62,784 bases of DNA, filler included, from a bacterium (GCA_024278215.1; 5 parts of 5 records of this genome joined end to end with filler, not necessarily neighbours in it), one strand, 5' to 3'; shown: positions 1 through 10,204, counted from the first letter of the whole stretch. Made by a program: numbers and translations. Notes: generated by a model not told the origin, from the letters alone.

Positions 1-2
1 GT

Positions 3-1457
3 AAGTGGCTGAACGATAATAGCATCCCGACCGTTCGCGGCAACAAATGGAGGGCTGCTTCGTTCTCGCGCATGCTCCGGAACGAAATCTATATCGGACA
101 TATCGTGTACAACAAAGAGGAAAGAAAAGGGATAAAGAACGGCAATCCGCGAAACCAGAAGGACAAAGATAAATTGATTCGAGTAGAAAACGCCGTGCCG
201 CCCATTGTGCCGACAGTCGTATTCGACCGCGTTCAGAAAAGACTGGGGGAAAAAGGCCGGGCAAACGCGCAATACAACAACTCGCAATACCTCCTGAGCG
301 GTCTGATAAAATGCAATGTCTGCGGTCTGGCCTATTTCGGACGTTCTCCAAAGCACAAATCCAATGGAAAAACATACGTGCTATCTCAATACATCTGCTC
401 TAAGCAGAACCGCTATAACGAAAAGCGCGACAACGTGAATCTGCGACGGGAGTGGTTTGAGGAGCTTATCGTCAACCGGCTCTTCAACAAAATTCTATCG
501 GAGACAAATATCAAAGAGAAGGTCAGGAATGTGAAGGCCTCAATGGAAAATGCAGTTGCGGAGCGAAAGGCGGCTATCGGTAAGCTGAACAAAAAGAAGA
601 AACAGATTGAAGATGGCATGGAGAAATATTACGAAGCGTTCGAACAAGGAACCCTGAATCCCGCCGACCTTGAGCGCCGCATAAAAGGCCAGCGTGAAAG
701 GCTCGAGGAAATCGACATCGAGTTAGTGAATCTGCATAACGAAATTCTTCTTTGTGAAGTCCGCCAAGACAGCAGGTCTGAAACGATTCTGGACATCGAT
801 ATAGACAGGTTGAAAGAACTCTTCGAACTGTTGCCAATAGAAAAAAGGAAGCAATTCATAAAAGCGTTCATCGAGAAGATCGTGGTTGATCCATCCTGGT
901 TTGAAATCCATTATTCGCTGCCAACCGGCTTTGAAATCGAGCGCATCATTCAAGGGAACAGTCCGGACGACGGAGGCGGAGGAAATGGCAATAATGGGGG
1001 CAGTGGAAACGGCGACGGGACGCATTACTTAAGTAGGTTGCAAAACGATTTTAGTACATGTAAGAGTCAGCATTTAAGTAAAATTTCAGGCGCGAAACCG
1101 GTATCCGACGCGCTTTTGCTCGACGGCGGAAAAGAAAGCGCGTTACATCCGAAAATCGACGGGGTCACAAAAAACCGCGCAAACAGCGGGCTTTTTTTGA
1201 TAGAGGGCGGAAACAGCAACGGAAAAAGCCGCTCACATTTTTGTGCATATGATACAAACGGAGAGGGTGGGATTCGAACCCACGTAGATGCAGAACACCT
1301 AAACGGTTTTCGAGACCGCCGCCTTCAACCGCTCGGCCACCTCTCCTTGTATAAATTACTCATTATAGGTTTTATGCTGTTTTTGTCAATGTGCTTCGAA
1401 CCGTGGGTGGGATATGATATAAAAGTGGGTATAAGGGGGGGGACTCTTTTTTTGTGA
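3..1457 (+). CDS. Large serine recombinase/integrase, C-terminal part (recombinase domain, zinc ribbon, coiled coil); 5' end lies outside the window
   Basis: The frame is open from base 3: KWLNDNSIPTVRGNKW...RMLRNEIYIG (recombinase DNA-binding motif), then YLLSGLIKCNVCG...YICS (zinc ribbon) and a long coiled coil. The C-terminal ~170 aa are low-complexity and run antisense through a tRNA. Confidence 0.9.
   Translation, partial: KWLNDNSIPTVRGNKWRAASFSRMLRNEIYIGHIVYNKEERKGIKNGNPRNQKDKDKLIRVENAVPPIVPTVVFDRVQKRLGEKGRANAQYNNSQYLLSGLIKCNVCGLAYFGRSPKHKSNGKTYVLSQYICSKQNRYNEKRDNVNLRREWFEELIVNRLFNKILSETNIKEKVRNVKASMENAVAERKAAIGKLNKKKKQIEDGMEKYYEAFEQGTLNPADLERRIKGQRERLEEIDIELVNLHNEILLCEVRQDSRSETILDIDIDRLKELFELLPIEKRKQFIKAFIEKIVVDPSWFEIHYSLPTGFEIERIIQGNSPDDGGGGNGNNGGSGNGDGTHYLSRLQNDFSTCKSQHLSKISGAKPVSDALLLDGGKESALHPKIDGVTKNRANSGLFLIEGGNSNGKSRSHFCAYDTNGEGGIRTHVDAEHLNGFRDRRLQPLGHLSLYKLLIIGFMLFLSMCFEPWVGYDIKVGIRGGTLFL
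1169..1198 (-). terminator. Terminator-like hairpin downstream of tRNA-Ser
   Basis: AAAAAACCGC-GCAAACA-GCGG(GC)TTTTTT: GC stem flanked by A and T tracts, about 60 nt 3' of the tRNA on the minus strand. Confidence 0.45.
1259..1346 (-). tRNA. tRNA-Ser (anticodon CGA), no encoded CCA
   Basis: Reverse complement GGAGAGGTGGCCGAGCGGTTGAAGGCGGCGGTCT-CGA-AAACCGTTTAGGTGTTCTGCATCTACGTGGGTTCGAATCCCACCCTCTCCG: acceptor stem, D-loop GG, long variable arm, GGTTCGAATCC T-arm, discriminator G. Confidence 0.95.
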
Positions 1458-1573
1458 GATTTTCCCCCCGACAAAACAGGGGGAAATGGAATTATGTTGA
1501 TAAACAAAGCTGAGTTTTCAATTTCATCACAACGACGAGCAAACAGTTCAGTAACGGTAAGGAAGTAACAAAG

Positions 1574-1751
1574 GAGCCAATTGCACAATTATGATTCGGC
1601 TGCGCTCAGTTGCTATTGTCCATAGTTGCGTTGTCGGCATATAATTGTCCTCGACTTACTCGGCGAGTACGCCTGCGAGGATTTTACACCTCCGCCTTGC
1701 TCTGAACAATTTCGCTCGACCTCGCTTTGAACATAATTTTGCAATTGGCTC
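1574..1751. mobile_element. MITE-like repeat family A, full copy (178 bp)
   Basis: Termini GAGCCAATTGCA...TGCAATTGGCTC. Homologous in inverted orientation to 22076-22253 and to contig-edge copies. Non-coding, with a central TACTCGGCGAGTA hairpin. Confidence 0.85.
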
Positions 1752-1779
1752 TTGAAAATATTGTTGTTACACACGAATC
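1752..1779. repeat. Remnant right end of MITE-like family B
   Basis: TTGAAAATATTGTTGTTACACACGAATC matches the family B end TTGAAAATGACTTATTACACACGAATC at 5040-5066. Confidence 0.6.
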
Positions 1780-1875
1780 GAAATATATATCATGTTTTCT
1801 TGAATAATGTAAAATATTTTATCATTATTAAGTTAAGAATCCCTGTGTCGGAGTCGCATCCGTCAGAACTGGACA

Positions 1876-3657
1876 ATGGCGACAGAACAAGAAAAAGAAT
1901 TGATTCGTGAGAGGGTCAGCCTCGTTGAACTGGTATCTACGTATACCAGCCTGAAAAAGAACGGTAACCGTTATTCCGGTCTCTGCCCGTTCCCAAGCCA
2001 CAACGACAAGGACCCGTCTTTCACTGTGGACGATGAGCGCAAGCTTTTTCACTGCTTTGGATGTGGACAGGGCGGCGACATGTTCACTTTTGTGATGCAG
2101 ATGGAAAATATTGATTTCGGCACAGCGCTCGAGTTGCTTGCGAGGCGTGCGGGGGTCACCCTGACGAAAAAGGGGCGTTCGGACGGCGGGAAGCGAAAAA
2201 AGGTTAAAGAACGTGTCGCGGCAATAAACGAGATTGCCACGAAATATTTCTTCAAAGTACTTATTTCAACCGATCATGGCGCTAAATTTCTTGAGTATCT
2301 GATGGATCGGGGAGTCACTAAAGACCAGATAAGGGAGTATAAACTCGGTGCCGCGCCGGACTCCTGGGACAGCCTGATAAACACGCTGCGGAAAAAAGGT
2401 TTTTCACCGACCGAAGTTGCTACAGCCGGACTCGCTGTTCACAAACAGGATAGAAACTCGCATTATGACAGGTTCCGCAACAGGCTTATGTTTCCGCTGT
2501 TCAACATATTCGGAGAAGTCACCGGATTTGCGGGTCGTGCTTGGGGCGACGATATGCCCAAATATCTTAATACGCCCGTGACACCGCTCTTTATCAAGAG
2601 CAAGATGCTGTACGGGCTGCATATAGCACGCAAAAATATTGTTAAAAATGTGATTTATCTCACAGAAGGCTATATGGATGTTATAGCGCTGCACAGAGTG
2701 GGTATAAAGAATAGTGTGGCATCCATGGGAACGGCCCTGACCGAAGAACAGGTGAACATGTTGAGCAAGTATTGCGAGCGCGTAGTGCTGGCCTACGATT
2801 CCGACTTCGCGGGCGACAGGGCGTCGATGCGTGGGATTGAGATGCTTGTCGAAAAAGGTATGGGAGTGAGAGTTGTCAGCCTGCCGGAGGGAGAAGACCC
2901 CGACAGTATCGTTAAGACGGGCGGCAGGGAGGCGTTCGAGGAATATGCTGCAAAATCTTTGGACTATTTCGATTATTTTATTGAAAAATCAATAGAAAGC
3001 GTCGGCGGCGACACGCCGGACCAGAAATGGAACGTGATAAAAATGATGGCGCCGTTGATGGAGAAAACTCCAAACGCCAGCCTGAGAGACTACCAGCGTA
3101 AGATAGTTGCCGAACGGCTCGATGTGCGTGAGGAACACGTCGAGACCGCGCTCGAACAGGGAAAGAAAAGATCATACGGATCGAAGGTGGTGTCCGAAGA
3201 GGAAAAAGCTGTGAAAAAAGCGATCTCCGGTGTTCAGAACCTGGAAAAGAATATACTCGAGGATATTCTGACAACTCGAGAAAACGCCGATAAAATCCTT
3301 CGTGAACTCGAACCTGCGGACTTCTCGGGCCGCGCGGGCAGGACTTTTTTCCAGTACTGTCTGGATTATGCCGCCCGTAACGAGGGTTTCGAGCCCGACG
3401 AATTTCTGAATGCGTCGCATCCACAGGAAATTGTCATGATCCTGAGTAAGTTGTCTCTTGTCGGCAAAGAAGAGGAAGCTCTTGTCGGCACGATGATCGA
3501 CACGAAACTGGCACGCTTCCGCCAGGAGCAGTCCAAACGTGAAATAAGGATGCTCAAAAGCGAACTGCTGGACGCCGAGAAGAGCGGCGACACTGAAAAG
3601 GTAAGGGGGCTGATGTCGCGGATAAACGAATTGATGAGAATGAGACATGCCAGGTAG
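1876..3657 (+). CDS. dnaG: DNA primase
   Basis: CHC2 zinc finger (CPFPSH...FHCFGC), DRFRNRLMFP, PKYLNTP, TOPRIM EGYMDV and YDSDFAG; directly upstream of rpoD. Confidence 0.97.
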   Translation: MATEQEKELIRERVSLVELVSTYTSLKKNGNRYSGLCPFPSHNDKDPSFTVDDERKLFHCFGCGQGGDMFTFVMQMENIDFGTALELLARRAGVTLTKKGRSDGGKRKKVKERVAAINEIATKYFFKVLISTDHGAKFLEYLMDRGVTKDQIREYKLGAAPDSWDSLINTLRKKGFSPTEVATAGLAVHKQDRNSHYDRFRNRLMFPLFNIFGEVTGFAGRAWGDDMPKYLNTPVTPLFIKSKMLYGLHIARKNIVKNVIYLTEGYMDVIALHRVGIKNSVASMGTALTEEQVNMLSKYCERVVLAYDSDFAGDRASMRGIEMLVEKGMGVRVVSLPEGEDPDSIVKTGGREAFEEYAAKSLDYFDYFIEKSIESVGGDTPDQKWNVIKMMAPLMEKTPNASLRDYQRKIVAERLDVREEHVETALEQGKKRSYGSKVVSEEEKAVKKAISGVQNLEKNILEDILTTRENADKILRELEPADFSGRAGRTFFQYCLDYAARNEGFEPDEFLNASHPQEIVMILSKLSLVGKEEEALVGTMIDTKLARFRQEQSKREIRMLKSELLDAEKSGDTEKVRGLMSRINELMRMRHAR

Positions 3658-3757
3658 ATTATTGTAACATTCAACAATTTCGATTATTGCTTTCGCAGAC
3701 GGCGCCGGGCTGGTTTGCGGATGACGACTATGTATAAGGGAAGCAGGGGGGATTAAC

Positions 3758-4882
3758 TTGGCATCAATTGCTACAAGAAATGTCCGTCCGATTTACGAAC
3801 TATACAAAAAATCCAAAAAGGACGGAAGTGTTCTATACAAAGAAATCGACGATCTGCTGTGCGATGAAGAACTTGAGCCGGATGACATCGAAGCTGTCTT
3901 CGACGACTTCATCGACTTGGGTATAGATATACTCGATAGGGACGGCGTGAATCTCCTGGAAAGAGATATTATCGAGCTCAATGAGGAAGACGACGAGATT
4001 CGGAAAGTAAGCAAACCGGAGTTGGACATCCTCATGAAAATGCCGGGAGAAATCCGGATCGACGACTCTGTCAGGCTATACCTGAAAGATATCGGCAAAG
4101 TGCCGCTCATCTCGGCTGAAGAAGAAGTCATGTTCGCCAAGAGGATCGAAATGGGCAGCGCCGAGGCCAAGCAGATGCTCACTGAAGCCAACCTGCGGCT
4201 CGTTGTGAGTATTGCCAAAAAGCATATCGGTCACGGAATGAATTTTCTCGACCTCATCCAGGAAGGCAACCTCGGCCTGATACGCGCCGTCGAGAAATTT
4301 GATTACACAAAAGGCTACAAGTTCAGCACTTATGCTACCTGGTGGATTCGACAGGCCATAACACGCGCGCTTGCCGACCAGGGCGACATCATCCGCAAAC
4401 CTGTCCACATGGTGGAAACAATCAATAAACTCATAAAAGTATCGCGCCACCTGATGCAGGAACTGGGCCGCGAACCCACGGAACAGGAAATAGCAAAGGA
4501 AATGGGTGTCTCGCGTGAAAAGGTACGTGAAATTATAAAAATATCACAGAAACCTATTTCTCTCGAAACCCCGATAGGCGAAGAAGAAGACAGCCATCTG
4601 CGCGACTTCCTCGAAGACCAGGGCTGCGAGTTGCCCCTTGATGCCGCATCCGACATGATGCTCAAGGAACAACTCAAGTCTGTCCTGCACACGCTGTCCG
4701 AGAGAGAAAGAAAAGTGCTCGAATTGCGCTTCGGACTCGCCGACGGACACCCGCGCACACTTGAAGAGGTCGGCAGGCAGTTCAAGGTCACACGCGAGCG
4801 CATCCGGCAGATAGAAGCAAAGGCGTTGCGCAAACTCCGCCACCCAAGCAGAAGCAGATGCCTGAAAGGATACCTGGAATAG
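3758..4882 (+). CDS. rpoD: Primary RNA polymerase sigma factor (SigA/RpoD, short type), TTG start
   Basis: [55 protein letters not shown]...[18 protein letters not shown]. Confidence 0.97.
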   Translation: MASIATRNVRPIYELYKKSKKDGSVLYKEIDDLLCDEELEPDDIEAVFDDFIDLGIDILDRDGVNLLERDIIELNEEDDEIRKVSKPELDILMKMPGEIRIDDSVRLYLKDIGKVPLISAEEEVMFAKRIEMGSAEAKQMLTEANLRLVVSIAKKHIGHGMNFLDLIQEGNLGLIRAVEKFDYTKGYKFSTYATWWIRQAITRALADQGDIIRKPVHMVETINKLIKVSRHLMQELGREPTEQEIAKEMGVSREKVREIIKISQKPISLETPIGEEEDSHLRDFLEDQGCELPLDAASDMMLKEQLKSVLHTLSERERKVLELRFGLADGHPRTLEEVGRQFKVTRERIRQIEAKALRKLRHPSRSRCLKGYLE

Positions 4883-4926
4883 GGCCGTTTTATACTGGCT
4901 CAATATACTATTGTCGTGACAACGAT

Positions 4927-5066
4927 GATTCGTGTGTAATAAGTCGGAGATGACAAATGTCAACCAACAATGCTCGACTATAACGAACGTTCGTTCAGCA
5001 TTTTAAAGCATCCTGACCGACTTTGACAAAAACATTGTTTTGAAAATGACTTATTACACACGAATC
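4927..5066. mobile_element. MITE-like repeat family B (140 bp) with target-site duplication
   Basis: Perfect 19-bp terminal inverted repeats GATTCGTGTGTAATAAGTC, flanked by direct repeat AACGAT (4921-4926 and 5067-5072). A second copy lies inverted at 53478-53618. Confidence 0.9.
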
Positions 5067-5082
5067 AACGATAAGACGGAGT

Positions 5083-5844
5083 CTACTTGTCTGCGCAACT
5101 ATCACGGCAAACGACAGCGGCGAAATAGCCTGCGCCGAAGCCGTTGTCGATGTTCATCACGGCAACGCCCGGAGCGCACGTGTTCAGCATTCCCAGAAGC
5201 GCGGCGAGTCCGCCGAATGCCGAACCGTAGCCGACGCTTGTAGGCACCGCGATCACCGGTCTTGACGTGAGTCCTCCTACCACACTCGCCAGCGCTCCTT
5301 CCATACCGGCGACGACGACGATCGCTCCAGCTTTTTCAAATATCTCGGAAACCCCCAGCAGCCGGTGGATTCCTGCAATCCCAATATCATACTGTTTCTC
5401 GACCCGGCATCCCATCGTACCGGCTGTGACGCATGCTTCCTCCGCAACGCCTATGTCCGATGTGCCCGCCGCCACTACTACCACCGGTCGCTCGCACTCG
5501 GGCAGCGGGTCGTATGTCTTCCAGATGCAGCGTGCTTCACTGTTATATTCCGCGCCGGGTTCGATCTGACGCACGATCCTGAATACTTCGTCACCGGCGC
5601 GGGTCAGCAACATATTAACGCGGCGCTCGACATATACTTTTGCAATACTCCCGATTTGTTCGATACTCTTTCCCTCACAGTATACAACCTCGGGATAGCC
5701 TGTTCGCAGCGAACGGTGATGGTCGAGCTTTGCGACGCCGATATCCTCGAATGGGAGATTGCGGAGACGCTCCAGCGCCCTGTCAACGGATACTTTACCA
5801 TCTCTTATATTTTCAAGCAGTTCTTTTATTCGTTCCTGATTCAT
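5083..5844 (-). CDS. larB: Nickel-pincer cofactor biosynthesis protein LarB (PurE-like)
   Basis: AKLDHHRSLRTGYPEVVYCEGK, AGTSDIGVAEEA, GIAGIHRL, VAGMEGAL, PTSVGYG, NIDNGFGA. Confidence 0.93.
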   Translation of the reverse strand: MNQERIKELLENIRDGKVSVDRALERLRNLPFEDIGVAKLDHHRSLRTGYPEVVYCEGKSIEQIGSIAKVYVERRVNMLLTRAGDEVFRIVRQIEPGAEYNSEARCIWKTYDPLPECERPVVVVAAGTSDIGVAEEACVTAGTMGCRVEKQYDIGIAGIHRLLGVSEIFEKAGAIVVVAGMEGALASVVGGLTSRPVIAVPTSVGYGSAFGGLAALLGMLNTCAPGVAVMNIDNGFGAGYFAAVVCRDSCADK

Positions 5845-5851
5845 TATTACG

Positions 5852-6679
5852 TTATTCTTTCCCGTTGTTTTCCGTGATACTTCTGTTCATGCTGCCGGTG
5901 CTGTATCCTTCGAGGTCGAGAGCGATATAATGGTATCCAAGTTCTTTCAGCGCGCCGATGATTCGAGATCTGATACTGGTGGACACAAGGCATTCGATAT
6001 GTGAGGTATCGACTTCAATTCGGGCGACATCGCCGTGGTGGCGCACTCTTACGACATCACATCCCGCGATTTCCCTGACGGCCTGTTCCGCCTTTTCGAT
6101 TCTTTCGAGAAGGTCGGCGGTTATCCCGGTTCCATAAGGAATGCGAGAAGCGAGGCACGCATCAGAGGGCAGGTCCCATGTCGGAAGTTTCAGCGAATGT
6201 GAAGCTTCGCGAACTTCGGATTTGTTGAAACCCGCTTCGGCCAGGGGGCTGACAATACCAAGTTCTTTTGCCGCCTTAGCGCCGGGCCTGAAATCACCTG
6301 CGTCATCGGTGTTCGAGCCATCGACAACACCACCGTACCCGAGGCTCCCGCACTTTTCTACAAGCGTGCCGAGCCGCTCGAGTTTGCAGTGGTAGCACCT
6401 GTCTTTCGGGTTCGCCGCGAAAAGCGGATTGTCGAGTTCGCAGGTTCTTACAACCTGATAATCCGCGCCCAGCAACTCTGCAATCTTTCGAGACCTTTCG
6501 AGTTCGCGCCGTGTGAAAGTTTCTGAAACAAGCGTTACCAGCAATACATTAGCACCGAGTGTATCGACGGCTAGTTTCGCGACGAGGGTGCTGTCCACAC
6601 CGGCCGAGAACGCGACAACAACGCTGCCGAGACTTCTTATTATCGACACTGCTTTTTCGATTTTTTTATCTGTACCCAT
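5852..6679 (-). CDS. larE: ATP-dependent sulfur transferase LarE (ORF could extend to 6715)
   Basis: PP-loop AFSAGVDS, RCYHCK, DGSNTDD..DFRPG, CLASRIPYG, VRVRHHG, GYSTGSMN; adjacent to larB. Confidence 0.93.
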   Translation of the reverse strand: MGTDKKIEKAVSIIRSLGSVVVAFSAGVDSTLVAKLAVDTLGANVLLVTLVSETFTRRELERSRKIAELLGADYQVVRTCELDNPLFAANPKDRCYHCKLERLGTLVEKCGSLGYGGVVDGSNTDDAGDFRPGAKAAKELGIVSPLAEAGFNKSEVREASHSLKLPTWDLPSDACLASRIPYGTGITADLLERIEKAEQAVREIAGCDVVRVRHHGDVARIEVDTSHIECLVSTSIRSRIIGALKELGYHYIALDLEGYSTGSMNRSITENNGKE

Positions 6680-6741
6680 AATAACCTGTGCCGGAAAATT
6701 CGGTTGATGAATCATATAAAACGATAAGCGGGAATGCGCGT

Positions 6742-7263
6742 TCAGAATTTCTTTTCAAAACTGTCGAGAGCGGGCAGGTCTTCAAGGGAATCGACGCCCA
6801 GGTATCTGAGGAAATCGTCGGTAGTCGAGAAAAGGAAAGGCCTGCCGATGGCTTCGCTCTTGCCCGTGATGTTGATCAGGCCCCTGTCGAGCAGCGACTT
6901 GAGGACACCCGATGAATTAACACCCCGGACCGACTCGATCTCGTTGCGCGTCACAGGTTGCTTATAAGTAATGATCGAGAGAGTCTCAAGCGCGGCGCGT
7001 GAAAGGCGTGTACTGTCGAGCTTGCCGAAGAAAGCGCGCAGATGTTCGCTGTATTCAGACCTTGTGACAAGTTCGAAGCCTCCGGCAACCTTCATAAGTT
7101 CCAGCCCGCCGCCCTCGAGCTTTTTCTCCAGTGCGATTATCGCATGTTCGACAAGCGCCGCATCTATCTTAAGATGTTCGGCAATATCTTTTGTCGACAC
7201 AGGGAGCGGCGAAAGGAATAGAATACCCTGTATCACATTAACTGTCTCATTCAGGTTCAGCAT
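6742..7263 (-). CDS. scpB: SMC-Scp condensin subunit ScpB
   Basis: LSRAALETLSIITYKQPVTRNEIESVRGVNS and GRPFLFSTTDDFL. Confidence 0.95.
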   Translation of the reverse strand: MLNLNETVNVIQGILFLSPLPVSTKDIAEHLKIDAALVEHAIIALEKKLEGGGLELMKVAGGFELVTRSEYSEHLRAFFGKLDSTRLSRAALETLSIITYKQPVTRNEIESVRGVNSSGVLKSLLDRGLINITGKSEAIGRPFLFSTTDDFLRYLGVDSLEDLPALDSFEKKF

Positions 7264-8080
7264 TCAACGAAGCCCTCCTTTCGGACCGTCTGATTGTGAG
7301 GTAAATATCTCCATAAGGCGTCTGCTGCCTCGCGACGACTTTACCCTGTGTAACGAGAAACACTACCGCGAGAAAAGACAACACGACTTCCGGTTTTTCC
7401 TGTTTCTGTTCCTCTATCACATCGTCGAAAGAAACTGTTGTTCCGCGCCGCTGAAAAACGAAATCGAATACTCTTGATATTCTGTCCGAAAGGAGTTGTG
7501 CTTCGTCCACTTTCACCCTGTATACCGGTTGATCCATGTTGCGCTTCAGTATCTTGTTCATCGTGATCATCAGGTCGAAAGGCGTGATCTGCTCGATGTA
7601 AGCGATCTCATCTATGAACTCGGGCAACTCGCCCCTGCGTGTCTGGAAAGAGCGCAGCCTCTTGTTGTTCTCGGCGGCAATTGCCTTGAAATATTCTCCG
7701 GCGGCTTTTACGGTTTTGTACACTTCCTCGAGTCGTTCGCGCACTCTTGTGGGTTCTTCTTCATCCTCCGGGACATCTTCATCTTCGAGGTCGCCTTCAT
7801 CGAGTACCTCTTCTCCGGGAAGCAGTGTGCGCGATTTGATGAACATGAGTTTTGAAAGTGTGAGGAACGGTGAAAAGCGCAGCAGGTCGACATCTTCCAA
7901 CAGTTCTCCGGCCACCTGTCTGGCGACATCCGAAAGTCTGACATCCACAATATCTATCTCGTAGCGTCTGACCCACTGCACAAGCAGATCGAGAGTGCCC
8001 TCGAAGCCCGGAATCTCTATGTTTATCTCGTAATACATTATATTGTCTCGATGTTTATCCTCTGTCTGAACTGTCGGCAA
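7247..8080 (-). CDS. scpA: Segregation/condensation protein ScpA (kleisin); may start at ATG 8038
   Basis: FEGTLDLLVQWV...IDIVDV, KSRTLLP, C-terminal VVLSFLAVVFL...QQTPYGDI; overlaps scpB. Confidence 0.85.
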   Translation of the reverse strand: MPTVQTEDKHRDNIMYYEINIEIPGFEGTLDLLVQWVRRYEIDIVDVRLSDVARQVAGELLEDVDLLRFSPFLTLSKLMFIKSRTLLPGEEVLDEGDLEDEDVPEDEEEPTRVRERLEEVYKTVKAAGEYFKAIAAENNKRLRSFQTRRGELPEFIDEIAYIEQITPFDLMITMNKILKRNMDQPVYRVKVDEAQLLSDRISRVFDFVFQRRGTTVSFDDVIEEQKQEKPEVVLSFLAVVFLVTQGKVVARQQTPYGDIYLTIRRSERRASLNAEPE

Positions 8081-8113
8081 TCATGTTGCATATTGATATT
8101 GCGCGGGCACGAT

Positions 8114-8791
8114 CTACAACATGAAAACAAAAAATGCGAGGCTGTTAACAACACTTATCGCTGCATAGAAAATGTAATCTAAAACATGAAAAAAGAGTAG
8201 ACCAAAAATAATGATAAGTCCATATCTCTCGATACTCGCGAAGGCAACAGCCTGTTCGCGCGGAAGCAATGTCATGAGAACCTTCGAGCCGTCCAGGGGT
8301 GGAATCGGTATGAGATTGAACACCAGCAGCACACCGTTCAGCATCATGAACCACATCATGTGGCGTAAAACGACTCTCATGGCATAGCCCGATATGAAGC
8401 CACCTGCCGGCAGGAATTCTATGAGCCCGAAAATGCTGAGGGCTTTAATGAGAAAAATAGTGAAAAGGATCAGCGCGAGGTTCGCGGCCACTCCCGCGAG
8501 TGAAACAACGATCATGCCCTGGCGCCTGTCGCTGAAACGTGACGGATTTATGGGCACGGGTTTTGCCCATCCGAACCCGACGCCCGCTATTGATGATATT
8601 ACAAAAACCATCAACCCGACAGGGTCGATGTGCATTACAGGGTTGAGTGTGAGGCGGCCCATGTCGCGTGCCGTCGTGTCTCCATATCTGAGCGCGGCAT
8701 ATCCGTGTCCCACCTCATGGAGCATGATTGCGATAAGGAACAGTGGAAACCTTACTATTAAATCTATTGCTGTCTGAAGTATATGGTCCAT
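8114..8791 (-). CDS. Site-2 protease (M50 family membrane metalloprotease); ORF could extend to 8833
   Basis: HEVGH zinc motif, GRLTLNP..HIDP.G, GWAKPVP, FNLIPIPPLDG; multiple TM segments. Confidence 0.93.
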   Translation of the reverse strand: MDHILQTAIDLIVRFPLFLIAIMLHEVGHGYAALRYGDTTARDMGRLTLNPVMHIDPVGLMVFVISSIAGVGFGWAKPVPINPSRFSDRRQGMIVVSLAGVAANLALILFTIFLIKALSIFGLIEFLPAGGFISGYAMRVVLRHMMWFMMLNGVLLVFNLIPIPPLDGSKVLMTLLPREQAVAFASIERYGLIIIFGLLFFHVLDYIFYAAISVVNSLAFFVFML

Positions 8792-8908
8792 AAACACTAT
8801 GTCGTTTCTGTCGGGTTGGCGCCAGCACTCCATATTGTGCTGCGTCCAATAGACAATTGTATTATTATAATGGATTGGTTCCCTTTTTTCTTCGCAATGC
8901 GGTGATTA

Positions 8909-10204
8909 TTATTCAGGGCCGGAGATTTCGGCTATCAACTCTTTGGCTTTTGCGAGTTCGTCGGCGCGGGTCGGGAGTTTGCCTTCCTTTTTCAGGTCCA
9001 GTAATTCCCTAAGAATTCTGCCGATATCTTCTGACGGTTGCAATCCCATTTCTATAAGTTCGCGTCCGCCGATCTCGAGTCGCACATTACTGATGCCGTT
9101 GCAATAATCCTCGATAATCCCTTTGACGGCATCGCTGCCCGATGCGTGTGCAATGACCAGTAAAGGGAATGGCATATTATACAGAATATCAGTTATTTCA
9201 GATGGTTCGGCGTCAGGCTCGTGAAGAGTCTTAATTGTTTTATTGTCTATTCCCGGACATTCGGACAGAATATGCCTCTCTTTAGAATTCATATCGAGCC
9301 TGTCTGCAAAGATGGCTGCACTACCAATGGAATCGGGAAGCAGAGCGGCGGCGAGGTAGACCGTCCAGTATTCATCGGAGTCCACGACATCGCTGCCCGA
9401 GCATCGTGCCAGACGCGATGCGGCGTATGATACCATGTCGTTGGGTTCGAGCAGCCGACCGGTGAAAGAAATTCCGGGTGCAAGAGCGGCGTCGAGTTTC
9501 AATCTCGAGCATTCGTCCATCATGCCGCCGCGATGTTTTTCTTTCATTATCAAGCGGATTTCTTTATAAATTCTTCTTCCGGAAACCGTGCCTACCGCGC
9601 CGCGGGCCACAGCATCCTTCATCAACAATTCTGTGTCGGCGTCATAGTTGAAACCGAATCTGCATTTGAACCGCACAGCGCGAAATATTCTTGTCGGGTC
9701 GTCAATAAAGCTGTTGCGGTGCAGGATTCTAATGGTTCCGGCGTGCAGGTCGTCGAGTCCGCCGAACGGGTCGAAAAGGGTACCGAATGAGCCTGAGTTC
9801 AAAGAAAAGCACATTGCGTTTATGGTGAAGTCGCGTCGTTTCAGATCGTCTTCCATTGAAGCCGGGCCAACTTCGGGCAAAGCGCCCGGGCGGCTGTATG
9901 TTTCGGTGCGTGCCGTGACGAGATCGACCGTGGCGTGTTCGGTGAACAGCGTTGCCGTACCGAATTCCGCGTATGTTTTGATTTTGTAATTGAAAGATTC
10001 AGATAAGTGTTTACCTAAAGTGATCGCGTCGCCTTCGACAAGAACGTCGAGGTCGGGGCTTGCGGTACCGGCGATAATATCCCTGACGGCACCACCGACA
10101 AGAAAGACTCTCACACCTGCCGGGTCCGCGGCAGCCCCTATCCGGTCCAGCAGCGCCATGTCGGCGGCAGACAGCCCGCGCTGAATCAAATCCGCGTAAT
10201 TCAC
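8909..10204 (-). CDS. cca: Class II tRNA nucleotidyltransferase (CCA- or A-adding)
   Basis: VGGAVRD...DLDV, ARTETYSRPGALPEV, DDLKRRDFTINAM, SFIDDPTRIFRAVRF. Confidence 0.85.
   Translation of the reverse strand: MNYADLIQRGLSAADMALLDRIGAAADPAGVRVFLVGGAVRDIIAGTASPDLDVLVEGDAITLGKHLSESFNYKIKTYAEFGTATLFTEHATVDLVTARTETYSRPGALPEVGPASMEDDLKRRDFTINAMCFSLNSGSFGTLFDPFGGLDDLHAGTIRILHRNSFIDDPTRIFRAVRFKCRFGFNYDADTELLMKDAVARGAVGTVSGRRIYKEIRLIMKEKHRGGMMDECSRLKLDAALAPGISFTGRLLEPNDMVSYAASRLARCSGSDVVDSDEYWTVYLAAALLPDSIGSAAIFADRLDMNSKERHILSECPGIDNKTIKTLHEPDAEPSEITDILYNMPFPLLVIAHASGSDAVKGIIEDYCNGISNVRLEIGGRELIEMGLQPSEDIGRILRELLDLKKEGKLPTRADELAKAKELIAEISGPE

Noticed and set aside
1574-1751. Recurrent palindromic repeats as a possible CRISPR array
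   Set aside because: Copies are dispersed 140-180 bp elements with TIRs, not short repeats with unique spacers, and there are no cas genes.
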